NCBI GenBank assembly: GCA_964473455.1 | Contig: CAYYQX010000002.1 | Span: 45,086 to 109,085, forward strand | Direction: 5' to 3' | DNA: 64,000 bases | Source: an uncultured Muribaculaceae bacterium | Lineage (GTDB): Bacteria > Bacillota_I > Bacilli_A > RF39 > UBA660 | Shown here: one piece after another, positions 27,169-36,802 of the stretch | How positions within the stretch are numbered: position 1 is the first letter of the stretch | Layout of the letters: each line of letters starts with the position of its first letter | The notes under the pieces: model-generated | What the model was told of the DNA's origin: nothing | The model's input: only the letters and a program-made list of their open reading frames with translations | Database searches by the model: none | Translations under genes and position numbers: made by a program

Positions 27169-30045
27169 ATGAATTATATTCCTCTAAATATAAAAACTAA
27201 TTATTATTTACTTCATAGTTTAATAAAAATAGATGATTTAATTGATTTTGCCAAAAAAAATAAGTTAAACGCTCTTACTATAACTGACAATAATATGTAT
27301 GGAGTAGTGGAGTTTTACTATAAATGTATGAAAAATAACATTAAGCCAATAATTGGTTTAGAATTATCTTATCCAAAAGCTATTATATTGTATGCGAAAA
27401 ATTATAACGGGTATAAGAATTTATTGAAAATACAAACTAAAAATAGTGAGAAAAGTATAAACAATGACTTCTTGTCACAACACAACAGTGACTTAATTTG
27501 TATCATTCCTTTTGAAAATAGATCTATTTATAATGAATTAAAGGCTATTTATAGTGAAGTTTATATTGGTTTTAAAGATGAAGTTGAAAAAGAAGAGATT
27601 AAAGTAAAAGATAAACTATATATGGATGAAATTTTGTGTTTGGAAAACATTGATAACAAATACTTAAGATATTTAAAGGCTATCAAAGAGAAAAAAATAA
27701 TAACAGAAATAGAAATAATTCAAAATAAACATTTAAAATTAATAGACATTGATCTTACAAACAATGAAATATTTAATAAATGTAATGTCGTTTTTCCTAC
27801 CTTTGACAAATCTTTACCTAAGTTTTTAGAAAAGGGAAGCTTTGAATATTTAAAGACTTTGTGTAAAGAAGGATTAATAAGAATCTTTGGAAAAAAAGTT
27901 AATAAAATATATATTGATAGACTAAAGTATGAGTTAGATGTCATACATAATATGGGCTTTGAAGACTATTTTTTAATTGTTTTTGATTATGTTAAATTTG
28001 CCAAAGAACAAGGCATTTTAGTAGGTCCTGGAAGAGGGAGTGCGGCAGGGAGTTTGGTTTCATACTTACTTGACATAACAACGGTTGATCCAATTAAGTA
28101 TGATTTGTTGTTTGAAAGATTTTTAAATCCAAGTCGTATTACAATGCCGGATATTGATATTGATTTTGATGCGGATAGAAAAGATGAAGTAATTAATTAT
28201 TGCATTAAAAAATATGGCGCTAAAAAAGTAGCTCCTATCATCACTTTTACAACATTAAAAGCTCGTCAAGTAATAAAAGATGTTGCACGAGCTCTAGGTA
28301 ATGAAACAAAAATTGTAGACATTTTATGTAGTATGTTAGATCGAACTAAAAGTCTTTTAGAAAATTATAAAAGTGAAAAAATCAAAAGCTTTATGAATGT
28401 TAATCCTGAATTAAATGATATATATAAAATTGCGATTAAATTAGAAAATCTAAAAAGACAGACTTCAATTCATGCTTCCAGTATTGTCATAAACGATGTT
28501 GATTTAGAAGAAGTAATTCCACTAGATAAACATGAAGATATTTATTTGACTGGTTATTCTATGGATTATTTGGAAGACTTGGGACTACTTAAGATGGATC
28601 TTTTAAGTATTTCTTTTCTAACACTTATTAGTGATATATTAAAAGACATCAAAAAAACATATAAAAAAGAAATTGACTTTAATGATATTGATTTAAATGA
28701 TCAAAAGGTCTACGATATCTTTAAATCTGGAAACACTATAGGAATATTTCAATTTGAATCTCGAGGAATGATTAACTTTTTAAAGAAATTAAAACCTAAC
28801 TCTTTTGACGATATAGTTGCGGCAATTGCTTTGTTTAGACCTGGTCCAATGAGTAATATTGACGATTATATTAAAAGAAAAAACGGTTTAAAATTTAGCT
28901 ATATGGTTAAAGAATTAGAACCTATTTTAAAGTCGACTTATGGAATAATTATTTACCAAGAACAAATAATGAAAATTGCTAAAGATTTGGCAAACTATTC
29001 ATTAAGTGAAGCTGACTTACTTAGAAAGGCTATGAGTAAGAAAAAAGAAGACATACTAGTAAAAGAAAAAGAAAAGTTTATTGAAGGCTGTGTAGCTAAT
29101 CATATTTCAAATGATAAAGCCCTTGAAATATATAATCTGATTTTTAAGTTTGCTTCATATGGCTTTAATAAATCTCATTCTGTAGCTTATTCTATTATTG
29201 CTTACAGAATGGCGTATTTAAAGCTATATTACCCTGAAATATTTTTAAAGAACTTACTTTCTAAATTTTCTAACAATACTGATAAAATGAAAGATTATAT
29301 TTATGAATGTAAATTGAATAATGTCTTATTTTTAGCCCCAGATATTAATACTAGTACAACTGAATTTGTAACTGAAAATAAAAAATTAAGGTTTCCACTT
29401 TCTAACATAAGAAATATTGGTTATTTAACAGCTAATGAAATAGTTAAAAAAAGAGAGATTCCTTTTAAAGATATTTTTGATTTTGTTAAAAAAACAAATA
29501 AAGTAATTAATAAAAAAGTTATTGAGTCTTTAATCTATGCGGGTTGTTTTGACAGCTTAAATTATAATAGAAAAACATTAATTGAAAACTTAGATATTAT
29601 AATGAACTATAGTGAAATAGGAGATATTTTAGCTAATGAAAGGGATTTTAAGCCTGTTTTAACTATTAAGGAAGAATACAGTGAGAAGGAATTACTACAG
29701 CAAGAATTAGATATTTTTGGCTTTTATCTTACTAATCATCCAATTTCAAAATATAAAGATGATACTTATGATTTAAAAGATTTAAGTGTGTATTTTAATA
29801 AAATTATTAGTCCGGTTTTATATGTTCAAAAAATCAAAGAAATAAATACAAAGAATAATCAAAAAATGATGTTTGTCGTTGGAAGTGACGAGATAAATTT
29901 AATCGACATTGTTGTTTTTCCAGATGTTATTATGAATAAAGTTTTGGAAGTAGGGGATATTGTTAGATTTACGGGTAGAATAGAAAAAAGATTTGATAAA
30001 TTTAGTTTGATTACAACTGATTTTGTAAAAATAACTACTAATTAA
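27169..30045 (+). CDS. dnaE: DNA polymerase III alpha subunit DnaE
   Basis: ORF track starts at 27121. An ATG at 27169 (MNYIPLNIKTNYYLLHS) is preceded by a GAAGGTGA RBS. Carries PHP domain and polymerase core motifs (GPGRGSAAGSLVSYLL, PDIDIDF). Confidence 0.9.
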   Translation: MNYIPLNIKTNYYLLHSLIKIDDLIDFAKKNKLNALTITDNNMYGVVEFYYKCMKNNIKPIIGLELSYPKAIILYAKNYNGYKNLLKIQTKNSEKSINNDFLSQHNSDLICIIPFENRSIYNELKAIYSEVYIGFKDEVEKEEIKVKDKLYMDEILCLENIDNKYLRYLKAIKEKKIITEIEIIQNKHLKLIDIDLTNNEIFNKCNVVFPTFDKSLPKFLEKGSFEYLKTLCKEGLIRIFGKKVNKIYIDRLKYELDVIHNMGFEDYFLIVFDYVKFAKEQGILVGPGRGSAAGSLVSYLLDITTVDPIKYDLLFERFLNPSRITMPDIDIDFDADRKDEVINYCIKKYGAKKVAPIITFTTLKARQVIKDVARALGNETKIVDILCSMLDRTKSLLENYKSEKIKSFMNVNPELNDIYKIAIKLENLKRQTSIHASSIVINDVDLEEVIPLDKHEDIYLTGYSMDYLEDLGLLKMDLLSISFLTLISDILKDIKKTYKKEIDFNDIDLNDQKVYDIFKSGNTIGIFQFESRGMINFLKKLKPNSFDDIVAAIALFRPGPMSNIDDYIKRKNGLKFSYMVKELEPILKSTYGIIIYQEQIMKIAKDLANYSLSEADLLRKAMSKKKEDILVKEKEKFIEGCVANHISNDKALEIYNLIFKFASYGFNKSHSVAYSIIAYRMAYLKLYYPEIFLKNLLSKFSNNTDKMKDYIYECKLNNVLFLAPDINTSTTEFVTENKKLRFPLSNIRNIGYLTANEIVKKREIPFKDIFDFVKKTNKVINKKVIESLIYAGCFDSLNYNRKTLIENLDIIMNYSEIGDILANERDFKPVLTIKEEYSEKELLQQELDIFGFYLTNHPISKYKDDTYDLKDLSVYFNKIISPVLYVQKIKEINTKNNQKMMFVVGSDEINLIDIVVFPDVIMNKVLEVGDIVRFTGRIEKRFDKFSLITTDFVKITTN

Positions 30046-30097
30046 TTTTAATTGACTTAAAAACAATTGATGTTTATACTAATTATAGGAGAAATGT

Positions 30098-30625
30098 ATG
30101 AAAAAAGGTTTTACTTTACTAGAAATGTTAACCGTTTTGGTTTTAATTACTTTAATAGTTTCTATTACTTATTCTGTTTTTCAAAAACAAATAGAAACTT
30201 CTAAGCAAAAACTATACGATAATCAAATAAATATGATTGAAAAAGCTGGCAAGGATTATAACTTGATGAATTTAAATATCAAAGGAGTAATGATATCTAC
30301 ACTATTGGGAACTGATTTAATCAGCAATGAAACAATTGTTAATCCAATAGATAAGAGTACTATTACTGGATGTGTTATTTTTGATGAAAATAGTTATAAT
30401 CAAACAGAATATGTATATGAAAGTGACTTAAATACTTGCTTAGTTAATGCTTACAACAGTTATAACGTGTTATATGACAGTGAGGTTGTTCTTTTAACTG
30501 AACTAGTAAATACTAATTATATTAGTTTAAGTGATATTACAATAAGTGGTAATGTTATGACGGGTTGTATGATGTTAGTGAATGATGAAGTTATTTATGA
30601 AAGCAATGTTTCAAACTGTAATTAA
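30098..30625 (+). CDS. type IV pilin-like / competence pseudopilin (prepilin-type N-terminal cleavage-methylation domain)
   Basis: 175 aa. N-terminus MKKGFTLLEMLTVLVLITLIV is the classic G|FTLLE prepilin motif followed by a hydrophobic helix. Confidence 0.6.
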   Translation: MKKGFTLLEMLTVLVLITLIVSITYSVFQKQIETSKQKLYDNQINMIEKAGKDYNLMNLNIKGVMISTLLGTDLISNETIVNPIDKSTITGCVIFDENSYNQTEYVYESDLNTCLVNAYNSYNVLYDSEVVLLTELVNTNYISLSDITISGNVMTGCMMLVNDEVIYESNVSNCN

Positions 30626-30639
30626 TAACTTCTTTTTTC

Positions 30640-30667
30640 TTGATTTATTTATGTTTTATTGTATAAT
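30640..30667 (+). promoter_or_regulatory. sigma-A type promoter for the tRNA pair: -35 TTGATT, 16-nt spacer, extended -10 TGTATAAT
   Basis: Read from the sequence. tRNA-Gln begins 8 nt downstream of the -10 element. Confidence 0.6.
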
Positions 30668-30675
30668 GTTTATAT

Positions 30676-30749
30676 TGCCTCATGGCCAAGTGGTAAGGCA
30701 GTAGACTCTGACTCTACGATCGTTAGTTCGAATCTGACTGAGGCAGCCA
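30676..30749 (+). tRNA. tRNA-Gln, anticodon CUG
   Basis: Manual cloverleaf. Acceptor stem TGCCTCA/TGAGGCA, D-arm GCCAAGTGGTAAGGC as in Gln tRNAs, anticodon stem GTAGA/TCTAC, anticodon loop CT-CTG-AC, T-arm GTTAG-TTCGAAT-CTGAC, 3' GCCA. Confidence 0.7.
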
Positions 30750-30752
30750 AAC

Positions 30753-30828
30753 GACCTGTTGGTGAAGCGGTTAACACATTGCCCTCTCAAGGCAACATTC
30801 ATGGGTTCAAATCCCATACAGGTTACCA
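30753..30828 (+). tRNA. tRNA-Glu, anticodon CUC
   Basis: Strong similarity to Bacillus tRNA-Glu (GTTGGT.AAGCGGTTAA...GGGTTC.AATCCC.TAC.GGT.ACCA). Anticodon stem TTGCC/GGCAA, anticodon loop CT-CTC-AA, 3' ACCA. Confidence 0.7.
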
Positions 30829-30890
30829 ATATTTGTGATATAATAAAAAGAGGAGGATATTATACCAATTCTTATTTAATAAAGGACTTA

Positions 30891-31220
30891 TTGGTTGTTC
30901 ATGTTTTTAAATTTTTACCAGATGTAGAAAGTGAATCAGATATGAGAGTAGGGCCTATTTCTACCGGACCAACAATGAGCGACGAATACTTAACCGTTAT
31001 AACTAAAATAGATGGGCAATACTATGATTTAAAATACTCTAATAGGGAAATAAGCTTGTCTTTCTTATCAACAGATAATACACCTTATTATGCTTCTCAA
31101 ATAGAACCACTAAGTCTTTATTATCAGTCAGAAAATGGCTGCATTTCTAAAAAAGATTTATTAGCTTTTATTGAAAAAATGCAGAATGAAGAAAAGCAAA
31201 ACTTGAAACATCAAAGATAA
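30891..31220 (+). CDS. hypothetical protein (start uncertain)
   Basis: The ORF-track frame 30759..31220 begins inside tRNA-Glu, so the 5' part is not coding. An AGGAGG sits at 30851-30856, but no canonical start codon lies at proper spacing. A TTG at 30891 or a later ATG is possible. Confidence 0.3.
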   Translation: MVVHVFKFLPDVESESDMRVGPISTGPTMSDEYLTVITKIDGQYYDLKYSNREISLSFLSTDNTPYYASQIEPLSLYYQSENGCISKKDLLAFIEKMQNEEKQNLKHQR

Positions 31221-31233
31221 AATACTAAACTTA

Positions 31234-31256
31234 AACACTAGTTAATAGTGTTTTTT
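31234..31256 (+). terminator. rho-independent terminator (aacactagttaatagtgtt plus a T6 run), copy 1 of a repeated 28-nt element
   Basis: Hairpin with a 7-bp stem followed by TTTTTT. An identical 28-nt string cttaaacactagttaatagtgtttttta recurs at 32138-32165. Confidence 0.55.
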
Positions 31257-31310
31257 AATTGCTAAGCTTTTTACGTTGTGATATACTTTTTTTATAATAA
31301 AGGAGAAAAA

Positions 31311-32135
31311 ATGGAAGAAAAAAGTTCAAAAAGTTATGTTTTAGTGGTTATCCTGTTTGTGTTAGTAGTAGGGTTAGGGGGATATATTGCTTATGATAAA
31401 ATAATAGGTGATGGCAAAGAAAATGAAGAAGTGGTTAACGAAAAGGAGACTGTCGACTATAAAATTGCAGACTATATTACCATTAAGGACGTAGAAATTG
31501 ACTATAAAAGTGGAATTACCTGTTCAACCTGCACAGTTGAAATAAAGGGAAAAACAATTGAATTTACTGATTTACCGCTTGGTACAACAATAGAGTTTTT
31601 AAAACTACATAAAAAGTTTCTTGCCCCAACCATTCCAGATGGTTTAGTTGCAACTTTTTCGAATAGCATAATTTATGAAGTCGACAACAATATTTTGTCC
31701 ATTTATACAGAGGAAGAATACAGAGAAGAAGACTGGCTTTATGGAATGTTTTGGAACAGATATAGCTTAAACATTGATTTAAATAATAAAAAAATAATAA
31801 CAAACGAAGAGTTAATAAATATATATGGCTTAAATATTAATACAATTTATGAAAAAATATTAAATAATATTGCAACAACAATTAAAATTGAAGAACTCTC
31901 TTTAAACAATTTGGGCATTTGTAGTGAGCAAACCATTAAAATAACAGACTTTGCAAAAAATATCCCCGAATATTCTGAGATGTTAAACAACAGATATGAT
32001 ATTTTTACTTTATACTTAAAGGACAACAAAGTATATTGTGCTTATAAAATATATGACGTAATAGCACTATTAGGTATGGGAACTTGCGGTGGTATGGAAC
32101 TTGCTGAAAACGAACAAACAATTGTTTTAAACTAA
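31311..32135 (+). CDS. hypothetical membrane-anchored protein
   Basis: ORF track gives 31278..32135. The internal start MEEKSSKSY (31311) follows an AAAGGAGAAAAA RBS. One N-terminal TM helix, then a roughly 240-aa extracytoplasmic domain. Confidence 0.45.
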   Translation: MEEKSSKSYVLVVILFVLVVGLGGYIAYDKIIGDGKENEEVVNEKETVDYKIADYITIKDVEIDYKSGITCSTCTVEIKGKTIEFTDLPLGTTIEFLKLHKKFLAPTIPDGLVATFSNSIIYEVDNNILSIYTEEEYREEDWLYGMFWNRYSLNIDLNNKKIITNEELINIYGLNINTIYEKILNNIATTIKIEELSLNNLGICSEQTIKITDFAKNIPEYSEMLNNRYDIFTLYLKDNKVYCAYKIYDVIALLGMGTCGGMELAENEQTIVLN

Positions 32136-32141
32136 ATCTTA

Positions 32142-32166
32142 AACACTAGTTAATAGTGTTTTTTAT
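32142..32166 (+). terminator. rho-independent terminator, copy 2 of the repeated element
   Basis: Same hairpin and T-run as 31234-31256, lying 6 nt after the stop at 32133-32135. Confidence 0.55.
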
Positions 32167-32196
32167 ATGTTATAATAGTTTTAATAGGAGAATTCT

Positions 32197-33087
32197 ATGA
32201 CATACTTACTATATGGAACAAACAATTATTTAATAAAAGAAAAAATTAATGAAATAATTGCAGATAATCTAATTGACTCTGATTCCATTTCAAAATATTC
32301 TTTTGAAAACACAATTGAAGAAATAATAGATGATATTACGTCTTTACCTCTTTTTAGTGATAAAAAGTTAGTTATTGTAGAAGACTTTACCTTTGACAAT
32401 ACTAAAGAACTAGAACAATATTTGGAAAAAGAAAATGAGCAAGTTGTATTAGTAATTATTATTAATAGTGAAACAATAGATAAAAGAAGGAAACTTTTCA
32501 AATCAATTAAAAATGTCTTTGAATACAATAAAGCAGATGCATTTAATATTGCCAAAAAAATGTTTGAAGATTATAAGATAAGTGATAATACAATTAGACT
32601 TCTAATAAATAGGGTAGGAAACAGTATAGATAACCTTAAAAATGAAATTGATAAATTAAAATTATACAAAATAGAGGAAAAAGAAATAAAGGAAGAAGAC
32701 ATTTTAACAACAATAAAATATATTAGTGATGACATATTTTATTTTATAGACAATGTTGTAAACAAAAACAATGAAGTTGTATTTGAAATATATGAAGAAA
32801 TGTTAAAGAAAAAAACTGATCCATCTGGAATAATAGTCCTTCTAGCTAATCAAATTAGATTAATGTATCAAGTAAAAAAACTAGTCAATCAATATAACGT
32901 TGATTCTATTGCCGAAATTTTAGAAGTTCACCCATATAGAGTGAAGCTTGCTGTTGAAAAAAGCAAAATGTATTCAAGTGAAGTTTTACTAAGTTTACTA
33001 GAAAAGTTAGCTAACTTAGACATTGATATTAAAAGTGGTAAAGTAGAACCTGAAATAGGCATAGAATTATTCTTACTAGGAATATAA
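32197..33087 (+). CDS. holA: DNA polymerase III delta subunit (HolA/YqeN-like)
   Basis: 296 aa. N-terminal LYGTNNYLIKEKINEI and overall clamp-loader delta architecture. Low-complexity match only. Confidence 0.55.
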   Translation: MTYLLYGTNNYLIKEKINEIIADNLIDSDSISKYSFENTIEEIIDDITSLPLFSDKKLVIVEDFTFDNTKELEQYLEKENEQVVLVIIINSETIDKRRKLFKSIKNVFEYNKADAFNIAKKMFEDYKISDNTIRLLINRVGNSIDNLKNEIDKLKLYKIEEKEIKEEDILTTIKYISDDIFYFIDNVVNKNNEVVFEIYEEMLKKKTDPSGIIVLLANQIRLMYQVKKLVNQYNVDSIAEILEVHPYRVKLAVEKSKMYSSEVLLSLLEKLANLDIDIKSGKVEPEIGIELFLLGI

Positions 33088-33096
33088 AAAAAGAAC

Positions 33097-34305
33097 TTAA
33101 TCGTTCTTTTTTGTTATATTATCATAAATACTTTTTAATGTTTGTTCATATTTATTATCTTTTGGAGCATAGTATTTAACTCCTTTTAAATTTGTAGGCA
33201 AATATTCTTGTTTAACATAACTATTTTTATAGTTATGTGGGTAAAGATATGTTGTACTATTTATTTTTATACTGTTTGGAATATCGCCTGTATTTCCTTT
33301 TTTAATGTCATTGATAGCTTCATTAATAGCGACGCATCCACTATTTGATTTTGGCGATAAACACATTTCAATAATAGTTACGCCAAGTGGGATAACAGCT
33401 TCTGGAAAACCAACACGCTCACAAGCATTAATACAAGCATCTATTTTAAGATTAATACTCGGGTTTGCAAGGCCAATATCTTCATAACCAATAACAGTCA
33501 TTCTTCGGTATATACTTTCATAATCTTCCATTTCTAGTAGTCTTGCAAGATAGTGAAGGGAAGCATTCACATCACTTCCTCTAATAGATTTTTGAAAAGC
33601 CGACAATAAATTATAATGATCACTTTCGTTTTTGTCGCCTAACATACTAGGTTTATTATTAATGTTTTTTAGAACGTCTAAAGTAATATTAAAGTCACTT
33701 GTCGAATAATACGCAATTTCAAGCATATTATAGGCAAATCTTAAATCGCCATTGGCCAGTTTAGCAATATATTTTATACATGCTTTATTAATCTTTATAT
33801 CTTTTAATTCGCCACTTTTTACAGCTCTATTAAGTCCTTCTTCTATTTCTTCTTCAGTTAATTCTTTTAATTCAAATATTTGACATCTACTTCTAATCGC
33901 AGGATTAATTTTATGAAAAGGATTAGAAGAAGTTAAGCCAATTAAAGTAATTAAACCACTTTCTAAGTAGGGTAGAAGTAAGTCTTGTTTATCTTTGTTC
34001 AAACGATGTATTTCATCCATTATAACAATAAGACCGTTATACATTTTTGCTTCTTCAACAACAATATCAAAGTCTTTCTTATTATTAATTACAGCATTTA
34101 AAAATTTATGTCTTAAATTTAATTCGCCAATAATGGCGTAAGCAATTGTAGTTTTTCCAATGCCGGCTTTCCCATACAAAATCATCGAAAATAGTCGTTT
34201 GTTTTTAACCATGTTTCTAATAACTTTATTTTCACCTAAAAGATGTTTTTGACCAATTACGTCATCAATTTTATTTGGTCTTAATTTTATAGCTAAAAGT
34301 TCCAT
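33097..34305 (-). CDS. rarA: replication-associated recombination protein A (RarA/MgsA AAA+ ATPase)
   Basis: 402 aa. Walker A GKAGIGKTT, Walker B VIMDEIHR, and a C-terminal MgsA helical domain (HYNLLSAFQKSIRGSD). Confidence 0.8.
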   Translation of the reverse strand: MELLAIKLRPNKIDDVIGQKHLLGENKVIRNMVKNKRLFSMILYGKAGIGKTTIAYAIIGELNLRHKFLNAVINNKKDFDIVVEEAKMYNGLIVIMDEIHRLNKDKQDLLLPYLESGLITLIGLTSSNPFHKINPAIRSRCQIFELKELTEEEIEEGLNRAVKSGELKDIKINKACIKYIAKLANGDLRFAYNMLEIAYYSTSDFNITLDVLKNINNKPSMLGDKNESDHYNLLSAFQKSIRGSDVNASLHYLARLLEMEDYESIYRRMTVIGYEDIGLANPSINLKIDACINACERVGFPEAVIPLGVTIIEMCLSPKSNSGCVAINEAINDIKKGNTGDIPNSIKINSTTYLYPHNYKNSYVKQEYLPTNLKGVKYYAPKDNKYEQTLKSIYDNITKKND

Positions 34306-34373
34306 AACATCACCAATACTTATTTTAGCAGATTTATTAGTAATTTGAAAGCAAATGATGTATAATTAAGATA

Positions 34374-35276
34374 GTGAGAAATATGAAAATAATTAAATTT
34401 AAAAACGAAATTGATGACTTTTTAGACTATATTAAAATGGTTAGAATGTATAGTGAGAATACATATTTGAGTTATTATGAGGAACTTAAACCATTTAACA
34501 CCTTTTTTAACGGTAGTATTTTAAAATTAAGTGGTTTAGATATTTTAAAATATTTGGAAACAAAAGTTAAATTAAGCGGAAAGTCTCTTACTCATAGCAT
34601 TAGTGTTTTAAATGAATTATATAAATACTTTATCATGGAAGAATATCTTTTTCACAATCCAATTGATAATATAGATAGGCCTAAATTAGGGAAAAGTTTG
34701 CCTACCATCCTTAGTAAGAGGGAAGTAGAGAGTCTACTTGATATTACATTAAATAATAAGTTTGATTATCGAAATAAAGCTATGTTGGAACTGATGTATT
34801 CAACAGGCATTAGAATTAGTGAATTAATTAATATTAAGATTTTTGATGTTGATTTTGAAAATAGATATTTAAAAGTAATAGGGAAGGGGAACAAAGAAAG
34901 AGTAATACCTTTAAGTAATATTGGAATTGAATATTTAAAAATATATATTAACAATTATAGAAATTCTTTTCTAAAAGAAAGAACATCTGATTTTTTATTT
35001 TTAAATACTACCGGTAATAAGTTAACTAGGCAAGGGTTTTTTCTTATTTTAAGTAATATAGCTAAAATCAAAGGTATTAAGACTAAATTATCCCCACATA
35101 CAATAAGGCATTCTTTTGCCACTCACTTATTGGATAATGGAGCTGATCTTAGGAGTATTCAAGAGCTTTTAGGACATGCTTCTATTTCTACTACACAAAT
35201 ATATACGCATGTATCAAATAAGCATTTAAGAGATGTTTATGATAAATATCACGAAGAAGGAGAAAAAAATGATTAA
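34374..35276 (+). CDS. tyrosine recombinase XerC/XerD family
   Basis: 300 aa. Catalytic-region motifs ELMYSTGIRISEL, HTIRHSFATHLL and LLGHASISTTQIYTHV. Confidence 0.8.
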   Translation: MRNMKIIKFKNEIDDFLDYIKMVRMYSENTYLSYYEELKPFNTFFNGSILKLSGLDILKYLETKVKLSGKSLTHSISVLNELYKYFIMEEYLFHNPIDNIDRPKLGKSLPTILSKREVESLLDITLNNKFDYRNKAMLELMYSTGIRISELINIKIFDVDFENRYLKVIGKGNKERVIPLSNIGIEYLKIYINNYRNSFLKERTSDFLFLNTTGNKLTRQGFFLILSNIAKIKGIKTKLSPHTIRHSFATHLLDNGADLRSIQELLGHASISTTQIYTHVSNKHLRDVYDKYHEEGEKND

Positions 35277-35937
35277 TTTAGTTCGATATGATTCAAGCAA
35301 TAATACTTACCAATATACAGTATGTAATATTAAGGCAATAAATGAAAGTAGTGAAACCAAGTTAAGTAATATTCTTAACAATCCACGTATTTTAAAACCA
35401 GCAAAGCAAAGAATATCAAGAGATATTGCTTTAGAAGCAACAGATAAGACAAATTCTATTAGTTTATTTAATACTCTAAGATTTACTGATTTCTTTGATT
35501 ATTTAAAAAGTTCTTTTTTAAATGAAAAAACAAATGATAGGGGATTAATCGATGCTTTAGGAAAATTAGTTAGTGAAAATGAAGCTCAAGTAGAAAAGGA
35601 TTCTTCTTTTCATGGATTACCATCTAAATATTTTGGTAATATCCTTGAATATAGTAACTTGACTGTATCTCCGTTAGAAGATCTATTGGGATTTGTCGAT
35701 TATGTTCTTCCAAATATAAAATTTATGGTTCTTAATAGCTCTAAGCCTATACCTGCAAAAGATTTTAAAGAAACACATGAAACAGTAGCACGTCGTGTTG
35801 TAAATAATTTCTTTGATATTACATATGATAATTTCAAATTATTACAATTAATGTATAGAATAAGAAAATTAAGAATTAAAGCTCATATATTAGAAGAAGA
35901 GAGTGAAACAATAGGAACAGACCAAAGAATTATATAA
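35269..35937 (+). CDS. hypothetical protein
   Basis: ORF track gives 35233..35937. The probable start is MINLVRYD at 35269. No recognisable motifs. Confidence 0.35.
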   Translation: MINLVRYDSSNNTYQYTVCNIKAINESSETKLSNILNNPRILKPAKQRISRDIALEATDKTNSISLFNTLRFTDFFDYLKSSFLNEKTNDRGLIDALGKLVSENEAQVEKDSSFHGLPSKYFGNILEYSNLTVSPLEDLLGFVDYVLPNIKFMVLNSSKPIPAKDFKETHETVARRVVNNFFDITYDNFKLLQLMYRIRKLRIKAHILEEESETIGTDQRII

Positions 35938-35984
35938 TAAACTTAACATAATATAAATTATAGGAACAAGTTATTGATTAATAA

Positions 35985-36007
35985 AAACAGCTTAAATTGC
36001 TGTTTTT
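35985..36007. terminator. bidirectional hairpin terminator aaacagcttaaattgctgttt between convergent genes
   Basis: 7-bp perfect stem, flanked by A-rich sequence upstream and T-rich sequence downstream. Overlaps the stop codon of the minus-strand regulator gene. Confidence 0.5.
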
Positions 36008-36786
36008 CTTGACTCTATTTCGGCCATTTTGCCAAATACTTCCGCACCGTTTTCTTCAGTAACAACTGTATATCCAAGTTCTTTTAGTGCTTGTAATTTC
36101 ATTGTTTCAAGTTCTTTTGTGCGTCCAAGTATCTCCTCTATTTTATGTTCAATTTGTGTTACAAATCTTTTATGTGATTCAACTAAGCGCGTTTTAGATA
36201 GATTTGTTTTAGAAACATCTCCATCGTTATATAAAACCATTGCCGAAAACAAAATACTTTCAAACGTAAATTGATCTGTTTCATCAAATACAAATTCATT
36301 AGGCTTAGTAAAGCCTTTTATTTTACTAACGTATGCTAGAGTATATTTTAATTCTTTAGCATTATCAATTGACTGCATATAGTGATACAAGTATTTAATA
36401 ATGTTGTATCCTTCAACATCTTTTTCGTCTTCTAGTTTTTCTTTTAATAATTCAAATAAGTTTTTTAATAATTCAGCGCTTTTTCTATTCAAATCATTAA
36501 CTGAAACTTCAGAATTAAAGTCCTTTTTTTCTGTTATTTGTAATAAGCTGCTCAATTTAGCTTCAACTGTTAATATGTAATCTGTATCTACTTTTATATC
36601 ATTTATCTCTTCAGCAGTCTTAATACCAAGTAAATTAAATAATAGTACTTTTTTATCTTTTGGCCACTTATTTACATCGTTTAATTCTAAATAATTATAT
36701 ACCATTTGTCTAGATACGCCTAAAAATTTAGCTAATTTTACTTTAGATATACCTAGTTCATGTAATATTTCGTCTAATTTTTCCAC
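35992..36786 (-). CDS. XRE-family helix-turn-helix transcriptional regulator with a roughly 200-aa C-terminal domain
   Basis: 264 aa. N-terminal LGISKVKLAKFLGVSRQMVYNYL is a clear HTH_XRE motif. The C-terminal domain is uncharacterised. Confidence 0.6.
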   Translation of the reverse strand: MEKLDEILHELGISKVKLAKFLGVSRQMVYNYLELNDVNKWPKDKKVLLFNLLGIKTAEEINDIKVDTDYILTVEAKLSSLLQITEKKDFNSEVSVNDLNRKSAELLKNLFELLKEKLEDEKDVEGYNIIKYLYHYMQSIDNAKELKYTLAYVSKIKGFTKPNEFVFDETDQFTFESILFSAMVLYNDGDVSKTNLSKTRLVESHKRFVTQIEHKIEEILGRTKELETMKLQALKELGYTVVTEENGAEVFGKMAEIESRKTAI

Positions 36787-36802
36787 AGTACCCTCCTATA
36801 TA

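Noticed and set aside
30759-30890. N-terminal 44 codons of the ORF-track CDS 30759..31220
   Set aside because: This segment is the body of tRNA-Glu and its 3' flank including an AGGAGG. Coding through a tRNA gene is implausible, so the CDS start was moved downstream, with low confidence.
34374-35276. Tyrosine recombinase as the integrase of a mobile element or island
   Set aside because: The length (300 aa) and motifs match housekeeping XerC/XerD. No flanking direct repeats, tRNA attachment site or phage/ICE genes were seen nearby. The nearby tRNAs at 30.7 kb are separated from it by holA and rarA.
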